Source: Octopus sinensis
Lineage: Eukaryota
Assembly: GCF_006345805.1 (NCBI RefSeq)
Contig: NC_042998.1
Location: 129,146,001 to 129,210,000 of the forward strand
Reading direction: 5' to 3'
Length of the DNA: 64,000 nucleotides
Part shown: positions 38,334 to 52,790 of the stretch, piece after piece
How the letters are laid out: every line of letters begins with the position of its first letter
How positions within the stretch are numbered: the first letter of the stretch is position 1
Notes under the pieces: generated by a model
Seen by the model: the letters and a program-made list of their open reading frames with translations, nothing else
What the model was told of the DNA's origin: nothing
The model's database searches: none
Translations under genes and position numbers: made by a program

Positions 38334-41300
38334 CATGTATTTTATATATATACATACATATATAGATATAAACATGTATATATATGTATGTATACTGCTA
38401 CTAAAGAATCTAATTCGCTCTGGAGCCTTATTCGTTGTTACACCAATAAAATATATGTATTTACGGACAATTAACTCAAAAGCTCAATGAAAACAGAAGT
38501 CTACACTCAAAGTATCTCTTTAAACACGAATAAAACAAAAATAATAAATAAAAATATAAATGCATATAATAAAAACAATGTAATGACAGTATAATATAAC
38601 TAACAAGAATAAACAGAAAGAACGTATAAATATAAAAAAACAACATTTCATTTCAAAGTTTTCTCTCCCACAAAGATATAAAAGCTAATGGACATTAAAA
38701 TAAAACATTAAAGGTGTTATTACATGATAAATTACATATATATTCTGTAAAATGAAAGTATGTTTAGATAAGTAATACAAGAGCAAATTAAAACTCTAAA
38801 TAATAAAATATGATAAATTAACAAGTGAAAAATCACACAATTCCTCACCTGATTTTGGCAGGCTGTTCATCCAAAGCAAAGGATGACAGGGTGGAGGAGA
38901 GAGGAAAAGGGAATTATTGAGATGGAGAAGAGGTGTAATCTCTTCCTAGTCTCTCAGGAAATCACTTTTTTTCTGTTTTACAGAAAGATAACCAGAATTT
39001 ACTGTTAGAAGAGACGGCGAAGGTTCTAAGAGGTCCTTGGGTCACTTTTTACTCAAACTACTTTCCAGAACATTCCAAAAGTACTTTATTAGCAAAACGG
39101 TTAACATTTGATACCATATCCACTGGAAAATGGTGATAGATTCTCGCATTTTCAGTAGGCTTAAGATAATACTATCTTCCTGTATCTCCTCAATATGGTT
39201 CTTCTTTTGATTTTGGTTCTGTTTCTTAGACTCGAATATGCGTTTCAGGGATCGATATTCTTTCATCTCAAGCTCTTCAAGTCGTTGAAGAACAGCTCTC
39301 TTCTATGCTTCTCAGGCAAGTCAAATGATATAGTTTCAAAAAGTCTTGAAGTCATAACTCCACAATGCCGATACTGTATGTTTACCTCAAGGATCAGGTA
39401 ATCGCTCACATACACAATTTTTTCCACTCTTGGAACTTGAAGAAACAGTATCAGGTTGAATTGCTTTCCAAAATGTGTTCAAGCACTTATGACAAGAACT
39501 ATCCCTATAATTTCTTTATTAAAGGCACAGCATCTTTAATTGGGAAACTCCTTTTTCATCACCAATTACTTCAAAAGAGGCCCTGAATAAATACTTTGAT
39601 GCATGTCTATAAAATTTGTTACACCCTGCTCCAACAGAGCATACTGTGAGATAGGAAATATACTTTGATAAAATCAAACTTCTGAGGCATTTGGTCCGTG
39701 AGGTTTGAATGATATGCTAGAGACTTATAAATAGCAGGAAAACCTCTCGATGGGTTAAGTCTCTTCAGAGAGTTACGAACAGTGAGGGAAACACATTAGT
39801 GAACAACACAGTAAATAATTTTCTGGTAATTCAGGCATTCGAGTTGCAAGCCCACTGAGATCCAAACCTGTTTTTGCTGATATTCTTGAAGGGTTTCTGG
39901 CAGATTGTTTGATCTCATGAGAAATCTTTTAATCCTATGAGAAATTTGCACATGAAAGTAAGGCTTGAATATCCTGCAAACAATTTGATCTTCTTTTGTG
40001 TGGCGTAGGTTCCTCTAGGCATTTTTCTAAACAGTGACTGAATTACAGGTTTTCTAGTTCAGGGCTGATTTAGGACTAAGAAACAACCACAAAATCAACA
40101 GCAGCGTTAAAATTAAAGAGAGAACAAGTTGATATTATAATGTTCTCATGTATACACATGCCTACATTCCACAAGACTGTATAAAAAGTACCACAACTTC
40201 CACGCCAACTGTTAGAGATTCTCAACTGGATCTGTTAATGGAGCGCCCCTTACCTCATCGAAAACATCAGCAGTTCAGATACCATAGTTTCATTGTTTCT
40301 CTTGGAAAACTAGTAGTATCGTTATGGATTCCCATTAAAAGATTAAATTATTGATTCATATTTATTATAGATTCATATTAATATTTATCCATTTCATACT
40401 ATAAAACTGTATTCATATTACATGAATACTGTATTAAAATTGTTGTTCCTGAGTAGTTAGGAAGTCTATAATACTCTGTTCTAATCTGATTTATTTCTTG
40501 TGCTGCATTTTAATTATTTCATCTACTTTTAAGTATTTATGGAATCTATTGCAGTTCCTTGGTTTCTAGCTTAATATTTAGTAGATATACGTTGGTGGTG
40601 TTCTGGAAACGGTGGAGTGTTAGAAGAAACACCGTTGTGCTAAATTCTGTGTTCAGTTCTCTCAGAAAATAGTAAATGAAGTTTTTCTCAAAATACATTA
40701 ACAATTAGACCCCACAATCTAGCTTGGTATCGTAGCTCTTATTACAAGGTGACAAGGAAATTATTCTTCCCACCTAAACAAGATGTCAATCTATTATCCA
40801 TCTCCCATTAAACCAACTCTCTAGATTAATATTTCTTACAACTTGTTGAATCGAGGAACGTGTTGTTTAAAATGTCCCAGCCAAATAGAAAATGTTAAAA
40901 GAACACGTAATGCATTTGAACTCACGATTTATTATGTTAAGCTGGATCAAGAGAATTACCCAAACGGCCATTTCTAGCTTCTGAAATTAATCCTGCCAGA
41001 ATAATAAATATAAAAGAGAAACAGTCATCAAAATATAAATTTATCTAATACATGATACTCCAATACTATTGGCCTCTGAAGGAATTACAGCTATTGAGGT
41101 TCTAAAAGCCAAACTTGGTAATGGAGTAGAAGTGAAGGTGGTAATGATGGCAACGGATAATAGTTCACAGTGTTGTGAAGATAGTTGTAGTGGTAAAATG
41201 TTGGCGCCGGTGTTGTGGTGATATAGTAGTAGTGGCGGTGGTGGTGGTAATGATAGCAGTTGTAGCAGTAGTAGTAGTAGAAGTAGCAGTAGTGGTAGTA

Positions 41301-42273
41301 GTAGTAGGTGGTGGAGGTGATGGTGGTGGTGGCTCAATAAAAAGACGTCTAACACAAAGGGCCGGTGTTTTTGCGGTGTGAGATTCAATGAATAGATTCG
41401 TGTCTGTAAAATTTCAAAATGATGCAACGAAATCGCTGTGGGAAGTAACCGCAGTATATATTCTCTCTCTTTCTCATTTTCTCTTTCCTTTTTACTCTTT
41501 CTCTTTCTCTTTCGTTCTTACGCTTTCTCTTTCTCTTTCCTTCTTACTCTTTCTCTTTTCTCTCTCTTTCCCAATCTCCGTTTCCGTCATATTCTCTCTC
41601 TCTCTCTTTACACACACACAAATATATACAAACACACGTATACACGTAATTGCCTTTATCTCCATTTCAATCGCACAGTCACAAAACTACCTCCTTCACT
41701 CACTTTTCAGCTATATATTTCTACATCTATCTATCCCTCTTACTCTACCCTTACCGCTATTTGCTTTTCAGAATTTATCTTGCAGTGTTTGTATGAATGT
41801 ATGTAGGGATGGCTGAGTACACACACACACACACACGCACACACACACACACACATACACAGACACACACGCAAAAGCACAAGCACACATACAAACCTTA
41901 TACCTAGGGGAATTTATATATATATAATAATATATGTACATACCCACACTCACATACATACATACATACATACATACATACATACATACATACATACATA
42001 CATACATACATACATACATACCTACCACACGCGCGCACTTATATACAGACGTATGCGTTTATACGAACGCTCTCGCACATAGATACCTATATACATTAGC
42101 AGATACAGATGTGCATAAACATACATCTACATACATAAAGAAATGGATAGAGATATGTATGTAAACATATATACATATTTATAAGTACCAGATGCATACA
42201 AACACACACACACACACACGTACTCCAACACACACTCTCACTTTCTTTCTATCTCTCTCTATATGTGTATATA

Positions 42274-42322
<49 letters not shown>

Positions 42323-42481
42323 ATAAATACATGTACATTTATTTACATACATTCATATATCTATACATACCTATACATACATACAAATATATGTATATAT
42401 GTGTGTGTGTATATATATATACATATATATATATACATATATATATATATGTATATACCCACACTCACATACATACATACA

Positions 42482-42512
<31 letters not shown>

Positions 42513-42835
42513 GTCCATATATTCATGTGTATATTACATGCATACATACACAGAGGTAGGTAATGAAGATGATAGATTGAAGACAGAAGTAAATAGGAGT
42601 GCAATAAAAGTCAACCAAAATTGCCTAAGGACTAAGGTTTAGAGAGTAAATTGTTGATACAGCGAGCAACGTAGATAAAGGCGAGATTTAAGAATAGAAA
42701 CGTATAAAGGAACTTGAGCACGGAAATTTGTTTCCATTATTGGCATTTTAATTCTTGATAAGTGGGTAGGTGATTGTATATACTGGAATAGAGTGTATGT
42801 GAAACTGTGCGTGCACACACACACATACACACACA

Positions 42836-42894
<59 letters not shown>

Positions 42895-43017
42895 CATACA
42901 TACATACACACACACATATATATATATATATACATACACAAAGGCACACACACATGAACACAGACACTGGTATATATGTATTTATATATATACACACACA
43001 CATACATACACACATAC

Positions 43018-43078
<61 letters not shown>

Positions 43079-43991
43079 CACATGCATATGTGTGTACACG
43101 TGTATGTGCATGTATGCACATTGTAGTTTTGAAAAGGTGAATCGGGTAACTCAGAAAAGCATTAGAAGGGTCTCAGCTTCGACTTTTCAAAAATGTATGC
43201 ATATGTATTTATTTTATATGTACGTATCTATGTATCTATATATATGTGTATATGCGTGTGTGTGTGTGTTTGTGTGAATGTGTGTATATGTGTGTATGAG
43301 TGTGTGTGTGTGTGATCGTGTGTGGGTGAGTGTGCAAGTGAGTGCGTATGTAAACGTACAAGGTAAAAATACAGGCACACACACACATGTATGTCTATAA
43401 CACACACACGTTTATGTGTCTATTGACGCACACATATACAGAGGCCTGTGTCTATAGACACACACATACACACACACCTTTAAGTCTATAGACACATACA
43501 CACACACAAACACACCCACCCACCCATATAAGTAAGTGTAGAATGTATACACACACGAATGTTCATGAATCGCGCAGACATATAAACACACAAGCATTCA
43601 CACAATGTGACACACGTGCGCGCACCCAAACACACACGCGCGCGCGCACACACATATACACACTTATAGACAACCTCAACGAATATATTTATTTTGTTGT
43701 ACAGCGGATATCATGATTATTGTGATTAACGTGTGGGAATCAAATAGACGAGGTATTTGCTTCCCACACCAAACTGAGTATTGCCGTAGGGCAAGTCTTT
43801 ATAATCTTCGATTTGATGCAAGGACCCATTATAGAGATTGGCCGGTGTTCAAGCTGGAACTAAGGCAGCCATATTAGTTGTTTACTCCTCTTCAAAAACA
43901 GACAACCTATGTGTTATATGATTCCGTATGGTACGGTGTGTGTGTATTAGTCTCTATGGATGTATGACATACGTGTGTATGTGTGTGTATG

Positions 43992-44042
<51 letters not shown>

Positions 44043-44127
44043 ATGTATATATGGAAGTGTGTTTTGTCTATATTTTGTCGGTGGTAGTTTCGGAGAAGTT
44101 GTGAAATTTGATGAACATAGCTATGCG

Positions 44128-44128
44128 C

Positions 44129-44212
<84 letters not shown>

Positions 44213-44230
44213 GTCTGTCTGTCTGTCTGT

Positions 44231-44273
<43 letters not shown>

Positions 44274-44289
44274 CTATCTATCTATCTAA

Positions 44290-44339
<50 letters not shown>

Positions 44340-44345
44340 CCTGTC
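44128..44345. repeat. (CTAT)n/(CTGT)n compound microsatellite
   Basis: Direct reading. Confidence 0.95.
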
Positions 44346-46314
44346 TGTTTGTCCATCCATCCAATCACATATCTCTCTCTCCCTCTCTTTCTCTTCATGT
44401 GTGTTTAATTAACAGAATCAGTCTTCTGTTTACACCTATACAAGTATACATACATATGTACATAACTACATAAATATATACATACACACTAACATATATC
44501 TCTGTGTATGCGTGTAATTAACACACTCAGTCACACTCATATATAGACAAATACTTAGTTACTTTATAGAGAACCATACACGTGCGCACGTACATACATA
44601 CACTCGTACATAAATGGTTCCGATTTGGTGATCATAGTGATTGAAAAATATGAAGGAACCCAGTGTTAAAAACAGGGCTTTGTATAATTAGTATTATTCC
44701 TGTTCATACAGCATGACATGGTGTTCCAGTAAAGCGTGTATTTGCTACGCTTCATCTGAGATTTACTGTGGGCTTGTGCGTGTATATTTGTTTGTTTGTG
44801 AGTGTATGTGTAGGTATGTTTATGTATGTATGTCTCTCTCTCTCTATATATATGTGTGTGTATGTGTGTGTGTGTGTGTGTATACACTAACACGCTTGTA
44901 TTTACATTCGCACATATGTCTTAGAACGGCGAAAAAAGAGTGTAGGGAGAAGAGACGGAAAGTGGAAGGAAAAGAGTTCAATGGAGAGTAAGGTAGAGAA
45001 GCAGGAAAGGGCGGAGCAGGGAACGGAGGAAAGGAAGAAAAATGATGATGGAAATGAAGAGGATCGGAAAGGACGAGGGAGGTAAGTTGTGAAGAATTAA
45101 ATTTTCCTTGGAAAGTGGTCTCAACGGAGACAATGTTCTGCTAATCCTTAGAAGCTATGGCTTTCGTTCTTGAAGTATATTCAGAAAGGACCTCATTAAC
45201 GCTTTAAAAAAATGTTTTATTAATATCAGCCAAAAATTAATTTGAAATCTTGATGTCCCTTCAACATTCTTCTATTCACTTTAGTACAGTTTCTCTCAAA
45301 AGGAACTGGATACTCAGCTATAGACATAGAAACTGCAATCATCCTACAAATATCTTAGAAAATCTCGTCAGCAATATATCTCTTATGCTATATATATCCT
45401 GCCTGCATACTAACAAAAACATCAAAAACAAATTTTCCTTTTACAGTGATGTTTTGGGGTGTTGTAGCTTTTGCCAAGAAACTGCCTATCCTAAACCCAA
45501 TAATGAAGAAGCTAACCACGAGAACAGGAAAAAGAATGTTATATAATCCTCCCCAACATTGTGGTTGCTATAGCTATCACTAAAATCTTCTCTTTATTAA
45601 AACAGATCCGATCCCACTTTACTACCCAAAATAGGTGCTATTAAATATTTAGTATGACTGCAATTAATATTTATTCCGCTAAACCTCAATCAAAGCAAGT
45701 GACCAACCAGTATAACAGTACTAATTTCAAATAACCTCTTGAGTAAGTCACTCCCCGCAATAACTGCAACTGTACCTTGCTTTTCTGTGCCTTTTAGATT
45801 CAAAGTTCCTATTATAAGATACAACCTATCAATTTAAATATCCATTCTTCCAATTTCCAACTTCGCAAGAACAACCGTCTCATCACGAATATATTCAAGA
45901 ACCAATACAAAGAGGACACCAAGTTGGAACAAGAGTTCATATCTAATACAACGTCAATGTCAGTTATGTTTGGAGAAAAATTTCGGATACTGTGTGCTCT
46001 ACATAAGAAGTGTTCTGAAAGGCATTCTCATGTAACCACTGAATATTTAAAGTTTCCAGATATTTCAAGTTTTTCTCATTCCCATGCGAAGGACAGCCCG
46101 ATCAACACACCACAACCATATTCCTCTAAGTTATGTATTACCTTTATTTAGCATTATACCACACACTCCTCACTTGCAGCCTTCTCATTTCTTTCATTTT
46201 TCCTTTTTTTTAAAACAATTTTCTATGTCCTCCTTCTTCTTTGTCTACACATTCCACAAACCATTGATTTTGAACATTATGCGTTAATTCATAGATTTAG
46301 AAAACTATTAGTAG

Positions 46315-47040
46315 GTAAGAGCGACGGCGTTCTTAGGGAAACACTGGGCATTGACGTGAGTCATCAGATTTGTCTGTTTTGGAAGACGTTCGATTCGGGG
46401 CCTTTGGATAATTTCCAGAAATCCCTGGCCTGTCAGTGCTTATGAGGGAACAATCAGTTCGAGATAAACTTTTCAAGCATGGTAGTACACCAGCTAAGCT
46501 ACTGATGCGCGCTAAACGACAAACGCTGCTGCACGCCCTCGTACATTGCCTAAATGTGGAGTTACGTTGGACAGCTGCCATCACGTACAAGACAAATTCG
46601 GTTATCGGCAGATACCATTGCGAAGATCGCTTTGCTGCCTTCCTATGGGCAGGAATCGTAGGAAGTTTTCATATGTCTGGTGACTATGGTGAAAGAGATG
46701 GTATGGTATACCATACTTAAAGGACTAAAAATAGAACTTTTCTCTTCGACAAATCTTTTAAAGATTCCATTTGAAAAGGAAAATGTGAGTAGGGAGGGAG
46801 GTGCTGCCCTTACTAGATTTGTTGAAAGGTGGGTGAATAGGATAACGATGATGCGAATGAGTGGGCCTATTTTAAGTTTGCGCCCATAGGCTAGAGAGAA
46901 TGAATGGGAGAAGGGTGTCTCCTTATAGTGTCTTTGATGGTCGAAGTGACTCATGATCGATGAAGTTCTTTGGTTATTGTTGGGAGCTTTATCCATACAA
47001 GGTAATTTTGTTGTCATCAACTTCCTTGTTAATCATTTGT
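46315..47040 (+). mobile_element. Tx1/L1-clade LINE ORF2 C-terminus plus 3' UTR, decayed
   Basis: WKTFDSGPLDNFQKSLA.QC; VRDKLFKHG; degenerate zinc knuckle QTLLHALVHC.NV...W; MVKEMVWYT.LKGLK; RFVERWV...M.M.G..L. Confidence 0.65.
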
Positions 47041-47139
47041 GTTGTTTTTGACACGTGCATATGTAAATCTCCAATCTTGACTGTCTTTCGTCATTTTAAT
47101 ATTCTTCAATTTATTTTCGGCTCTTTTGGCCGATAAAGA

Positions 47140-47191
<52 letters not shown>

Positions 47192-47415
47192 GAGTGAGAG
47201 AGCAGTGCATGCCATCAAAGTGACACCAGGGTAAAATATACGAAGCCCAGTATACCCATCATGACTACCCGTCTGATAAGGGTACACCAGGTACATGCAT
47301 CACAACCATATGTGCGCGAAATGGTGATGTCATATCAAGATAAACAGCGCCCAGTGGGGCCCAGTTAGAATTCTGGTCGAGTAGCCCATCCCGCTCAAAA
47401 GGTCCCTGAATAATT
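47140..47415 (-). mobile_element. Retroposon 3' fragment with (AAT)n tail
   Basis: Non-simple GC-richer block ending CACTGCTCTCTCACTC followed by about 17 AAT units; recalled as a common octopus repeat. Confidence 0.55.
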
Positions 47416-48274
47416 TAGTCCTAAATTTCCTGAGCATGTATGCCTGACTGTCCAGGTATGTGACCTCATAACTTAACTATCACAAGGTCTCATTTGTCCT
47501 AAATCCGGCAATGGTTGCAGCATATAAAAATATCAAGTTATCGCGAAAACTGAGGCCGCTGTCTGAAAGTTTGAAACAAACTGATCACTCCTAAGAGTAC
47601 CTAAATACCTGGTGATGTTGTTAGATCAGGCACGAGATTATCTCTAGCATCCAAGTATAGGTACACCTAATGTCTATGCAGTTTCAACTCTGCAATTTCA
47701 CTGAGAAACCTTGAATGACTTTGACGCTATTGCAGAAGATACTTGCCTAAAATATGGTGCCATGGGATCGAACCTGGATCTAAACTACTTAAATACATAT
47801 GAGAATAACAAGACATTAAGGGAATAGCCACAAATGTAGAACGAATACTAAAACATACAAAGACATCTGCGTCACATAAACAAACACAGAAGCTCAAGGT
47901 TACTATGCAGATATAAAAGGTTTATATTTTGCTTAATTCTAGTTTATTGTCATCACATTATAAACAAATACAAAAGGAGAAAAAAAACTAAAACTAAATG
48001 TTATTTAGCCGCTATACAAATGTGGGCCGCCATCTTGCTTTCTGCTTACTAGATTTACGCATACCTACACTATTACAGTCAAATATACACGTGCATTTTA
48101 TAAGTAGATATATATTTATTGATTTATTTTATAGTACATATGATAGACTAAAAACACACGAATAGACACACACACACACACATATGATATATATATATAT
48201 ATATATATATATAAACAGAAGCATAGATGCATACACACACGCATACATACAATCATACATATATATACATATAA

Positions 48275-48331
<57 letters not shown>

Positions 48332-48419
48332 TATATATATATACACACACAGACATACATATATATATGCATATATTTGTATATGTATATACACGTGTGT
48401 GTGTATGTATGTATGCATG

Positions 48420-48453
<34 letters not shown>

Positions 48454-49024
48454 TGTATGTATGTATGTATAAATATAAGATCTTGCACGAAGGTGAACAC
48501 ATCTTTTTTTTTAGAAAGCATGCCCAGAAATGTTTTCATGTAAAAGAACATAATTTCGGATAGAAAGTATTGGCTATGCAGAATATAGAGTTCAGATAAC
48601 ATGGCTTCTCTTTTCCCTCTAAACGGTAACAATTTCGGTCTTCAAAGAAGATCACAAAAATCCACGCAAACTTACAGACATGCACGTACATATATGTATA
48701 CCTGATCTATGTAAACGTTTAATGTTAGCAGAATTTAGGTCACCTGCTCATACAATTGCTTTCATGAGATTTTTATTTATTTATTTATTGTAATACCTGT
48801 ACAACTTACTTTTTATTCCTTGAATTTGGTTTCTTTCCTATACAATGATAATATAACTCCAAAGGAAACTCATTTCTGATAAACCTTTTACATTTTTAAA
48901 AAAAATCTATACAGGAATATCTGATGTTTTTTTTCTCCCTCATTTGTAAAAATTATCAGTGACACATCACCTACATTTTAGCGTGTGCATATTTAATACA
49001 CGCACACACACACGCACACACATG

Positions 49025-49055
<31 letters not shown>

Positions 49056-49398
49056 ACAAACACACGCACACACGCACACACAGAAACACATACATAAACA
49101 CACGTACATACGAAGTACGAAGGCACATACAAACATGCACGCATTCGTAAATACATATCGACATTTTATAATTACACACAGACACACATACATACCTTCA
49201 TACACACACATATATATACACACATACATACATATATTCATACATACACAGATTACATACATATGTGTGTAAATGTTTTTAAGTAATGATATCCTGTCGC
49301 TTTTGGAACTGCGTCAAAATAAAGTTGTCTATATATGAAAGGTTCTTAGCGTCGGCTGAATTGGATTTATTGGTAAGCATACATGCGTTTCCGTGTGC

Positions 49399-49463
<65 letters not shown>

Positions 49464-49471
49464 ATATATAT

Positions 49472-49504
<33 letters not shown>

Positions 49505-49505
49505 G

Positions 49506-49539
<34 letters not shown>

Positions 49540-49617
49540 ATATATATATATACGTGTGTGTGTTGTGTGTGTGTGTGTATGTGTGTGTGTATGTGTGTGT
49601 GTGTGGTGTGTGTGTGT

Positions 49618-49650
<33 letters not shown>

Positions 49651-49904
49651 ATTGCATGTATGCATATATTCACATATACACTTATCAAACGATAAACTTA
49701 TATAAGTAGGTCAAATGAAACACATGTGTACTGCCGAAGAGGCTAAAAGATCTTACACTTTAAATATTTTATATATGTATGTATATATATTTTGTTTTCT
49801 CGATTGAAGTTTAGATATTATTCTAGCTGGCCAACTGCTCGGTGGCAAGTTTTTTGAGAAAAGATATTAAAAATAGTGTTCTTTTTTTTTCCGTAACTTT
49901 TCGG

Positions 49905-50115
49905 GTTCAATCTGCACTTCAAATTTTATGTTTATTACAATATCTTGCAACTGCTTATGTCCTCAGATACCAGGGACCAATGGTATACAGAGCTTTCCTC
50001 CAGGTGGATTGGTATATTATTCGTTGCACCAGTAATTATTTCTATAAAACTGAAAATTTGGAGATTTCTCCTCAGTAATCTATAAATGTATTTTTGGTCG
50101 TCGTCTCGTGGGCAC
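49905..50115 (-). mobile_element. Possible very decayed R4/Dong 3' end
   Basis: IEIITGATNNIPIHLEE...LVPG....QLQDIV resembles the VPVIIGALG.IP..L.....IPG....LQK.V pattern. Confidence 0.35.
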
Positions 50116-50899
50116 CTCACTTCTATTTTGCGGTTCTAATCAATAATAACAGTATGTATAATGTACGTATTGTGTCAGATTAGAGGAAAAGGTAAACTGC
50201 TACTAGGAATCATGTACCCTAGTATTATCTATCCTTTACTAGGACCATCAGCGACCAAACTGCCAACGTTACTCTACGTTCTCACCCTACTCTGTAGAAG
50301 GTGGATGGAGATAACCCAAAACCAAAACATATTTACATACAGGGGCAGATGTACTTGATTCATTAAGGTAAGAGGAATTTGAGACGCCCCAGCATTCCGA
50401 CCTCTTCAGTTAAAGTTATTCCCGGATCAATGAATCAATGTGTCGTGTGTGATCATCTAATCTTGTGCCTACTTGAGCTAAACAAACTATGACCAAGTGT
50501 CACAGTATAACTGAAACAGAACAGTACTGGAGTCTCTTGCCAAACTGCTGATACCTCGGAGTATGTTTAGCAGAGATGTTTTTCATTGCATACAAACACT
50601 GACTCTCATACATAACTGTTGTGTGGACGCCCCCAGACGATGAAGTAGGCTAACCCAATACGTAGATATAGAGGGAGAAGTCTAGACGTCAGGGGAGCAG
50701 AGTAGAGTAGTAGAGGCATCCGAACGTGCAACATAACAATAAGAAACACGTACAGACAAACACACACACACACGCACACACACATACACACACAAACACA
50801 CACACGTTTCCGAATATTCAGAATCTTATAAAATTTTAAGTGGAGTTGGTCTATTCACTTCATGTTTTTATGCATATGCGTAAGTGTGTATGCGAGTGC

Positions 50900-51102
50900 A
50901 CGTCGGGCGAAATGCGTAGCCGTATTTCGTCTGCCGTTACGTTCTGAGTTCAAATTCCGCCGAGGTCGACTTTGCTTTTCATCCGTTCGAGGACGATAAA
51001 TTAAGTACCAGTTACACACTGGGGTCGATGTAATCGACTTAATCCGTTTGTCTGTCCTAGTTTGTCCCCTCTGTGTTTAGCCTCTTGTGGGTAGTAAAGA
51101 AA
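50900..51102 (+). mobile_element. SINE family B monomer with TTAATCCGTTTGTCTGTCC...AAAGAAAT tail, followed by (CTAT)n
   Basis: Same core and tail as the 58849-59567 tandem units. Confidence 0.85.
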
Positions 51103-51112
51103 TCTATCTATC

Positions 51113-51187
<75 letters not shown>

Positions 51188-51466
51188 GTGTGTGTACGTG
51201 TGTGTGTGTATATATATACACAGCCGCTTTCGTTATTTTATATGCATATATGTGTGTGTGTATGTGTGTGTATGTGTGTGTGTGTGTGTGCATTGCGTAC
51301 ATTTGTATGTATGCATTCTGCATATTCATGTGTTTGTGTGTTCTTGTTTGTGTACATTGTGTGTGCATGTCTGAGACACAATAATATATATATATATACT
51401 TTTTTCTTTTACTTATTTCAATCATTTGACTGCGGCTATTCGTGAGCACGGCCTTTTTAGTCGAAG

Positions 51467-51514
<48 letters not shown>

Positions 51515-51520
51515 TATATA

Positions 51521-51579
<59 letters not shown>

Positions 51580-52161
51580 CACGAATAAAGGTAATGGTAT
51601 ATATGTAACGATATGTAGGACGATAGACATATTTATATGCGCAACATATTTCTTACATGCGCAACAAAAATTGATTTCTACATTGCGAAAGTTTCGCAAA
51701 ATCTAGATTCTCCAAACTCAATTAACATTACTGTTTTTATCAGAATGCATTCGTGGTATTTACCACATCTTCAAATACTCACTAATCAGCATTTCTGCAT
51801 GTATTTCTGTTATTTATTCTTTATTCAATTTTCACAGCAATTCTAATTACTAACAATGTTGATATTTGCAGTTCTTATTTTTTCCCGTTGTTTTATTAAA
51901 AATTTTTTTCTCATTCCAATTATGTTTTTTATTTGGTGTTATTTTCTGACCCTCCTTCCGAGGAAAAGAAAAGCAAAAAACAAAAAAAAACAAACAAAAA
52001 ACAAAACACAAAAAACAAACAAACACAAAAATAAGGTAGCATTTGAAAATTAAAGAAATTCCATAATTACCGTCTTTTGACGAAGAATGTAACCTTGCCA
52101 TCTGTGTATGCATGTAATTTTTATAATTATTGATATACATCCGTATTTTTATGGATATATA

Positions 52162-52212
<51 letters not shown>

Positions 52213-52629
52213 CATGTATATGCATATATATATATAAAAATGTACATACATACATGCATATATATATGAATACATACAGATTCATACAACGCATGCATAC
52301 ACACATATATATATATACACGCATATATGCATATATGGATAAGAGTTACACTGACACGTATTTCTTGATTTTGATGAACTTTGCATTCATTATCAAATAT
52401 CAAACAAAAATCTAATCAATAGGAAATAATTTATCTATTATCAATTTACCATCAATAAGTAGAACATTTTATGCTTGCGTGTGTGCGTGCGTGTGTGTGT
52501 GCGTGTGTATGCTTGTGTATGCTTGTGTTTGTATTATGAGTGTGTGTGTGCTTGTGCGTGTGTGTGCGTGAGTGTGTACTTGACAGCAATGTAAATGAAT
52601 GTATATTTCTATATACCTTTACTCCTAAT

Positions 52630-52707
52630 CTTTGACAAATATATTTACAAGGATATAAACGATTACACCTTTGACAAATATATTTACAAGGATATAAACG
52701 ATTACAC
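52630..52707. repeat. Perfect 39-bp tandem duplication
   Basis: CTTTGACAAATATATTTACAAGGATATAAACGATTACAC x2. Confidence 0.95.
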
Positions 52708-52790
52708 CTTGCAATACACACGCAAACGCACACGCACACACATACACACACATACACACACACTCACACACACATACATATATATATATA

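Noticed and set aside
39330-39720. Resemblance of KP...E.FYQ and YLILE...VM to inositol polyphosphate kinases
   Set aside because: Would need several unsupported edits to restore PxxxDxKxG, and downstream motifs do not match.
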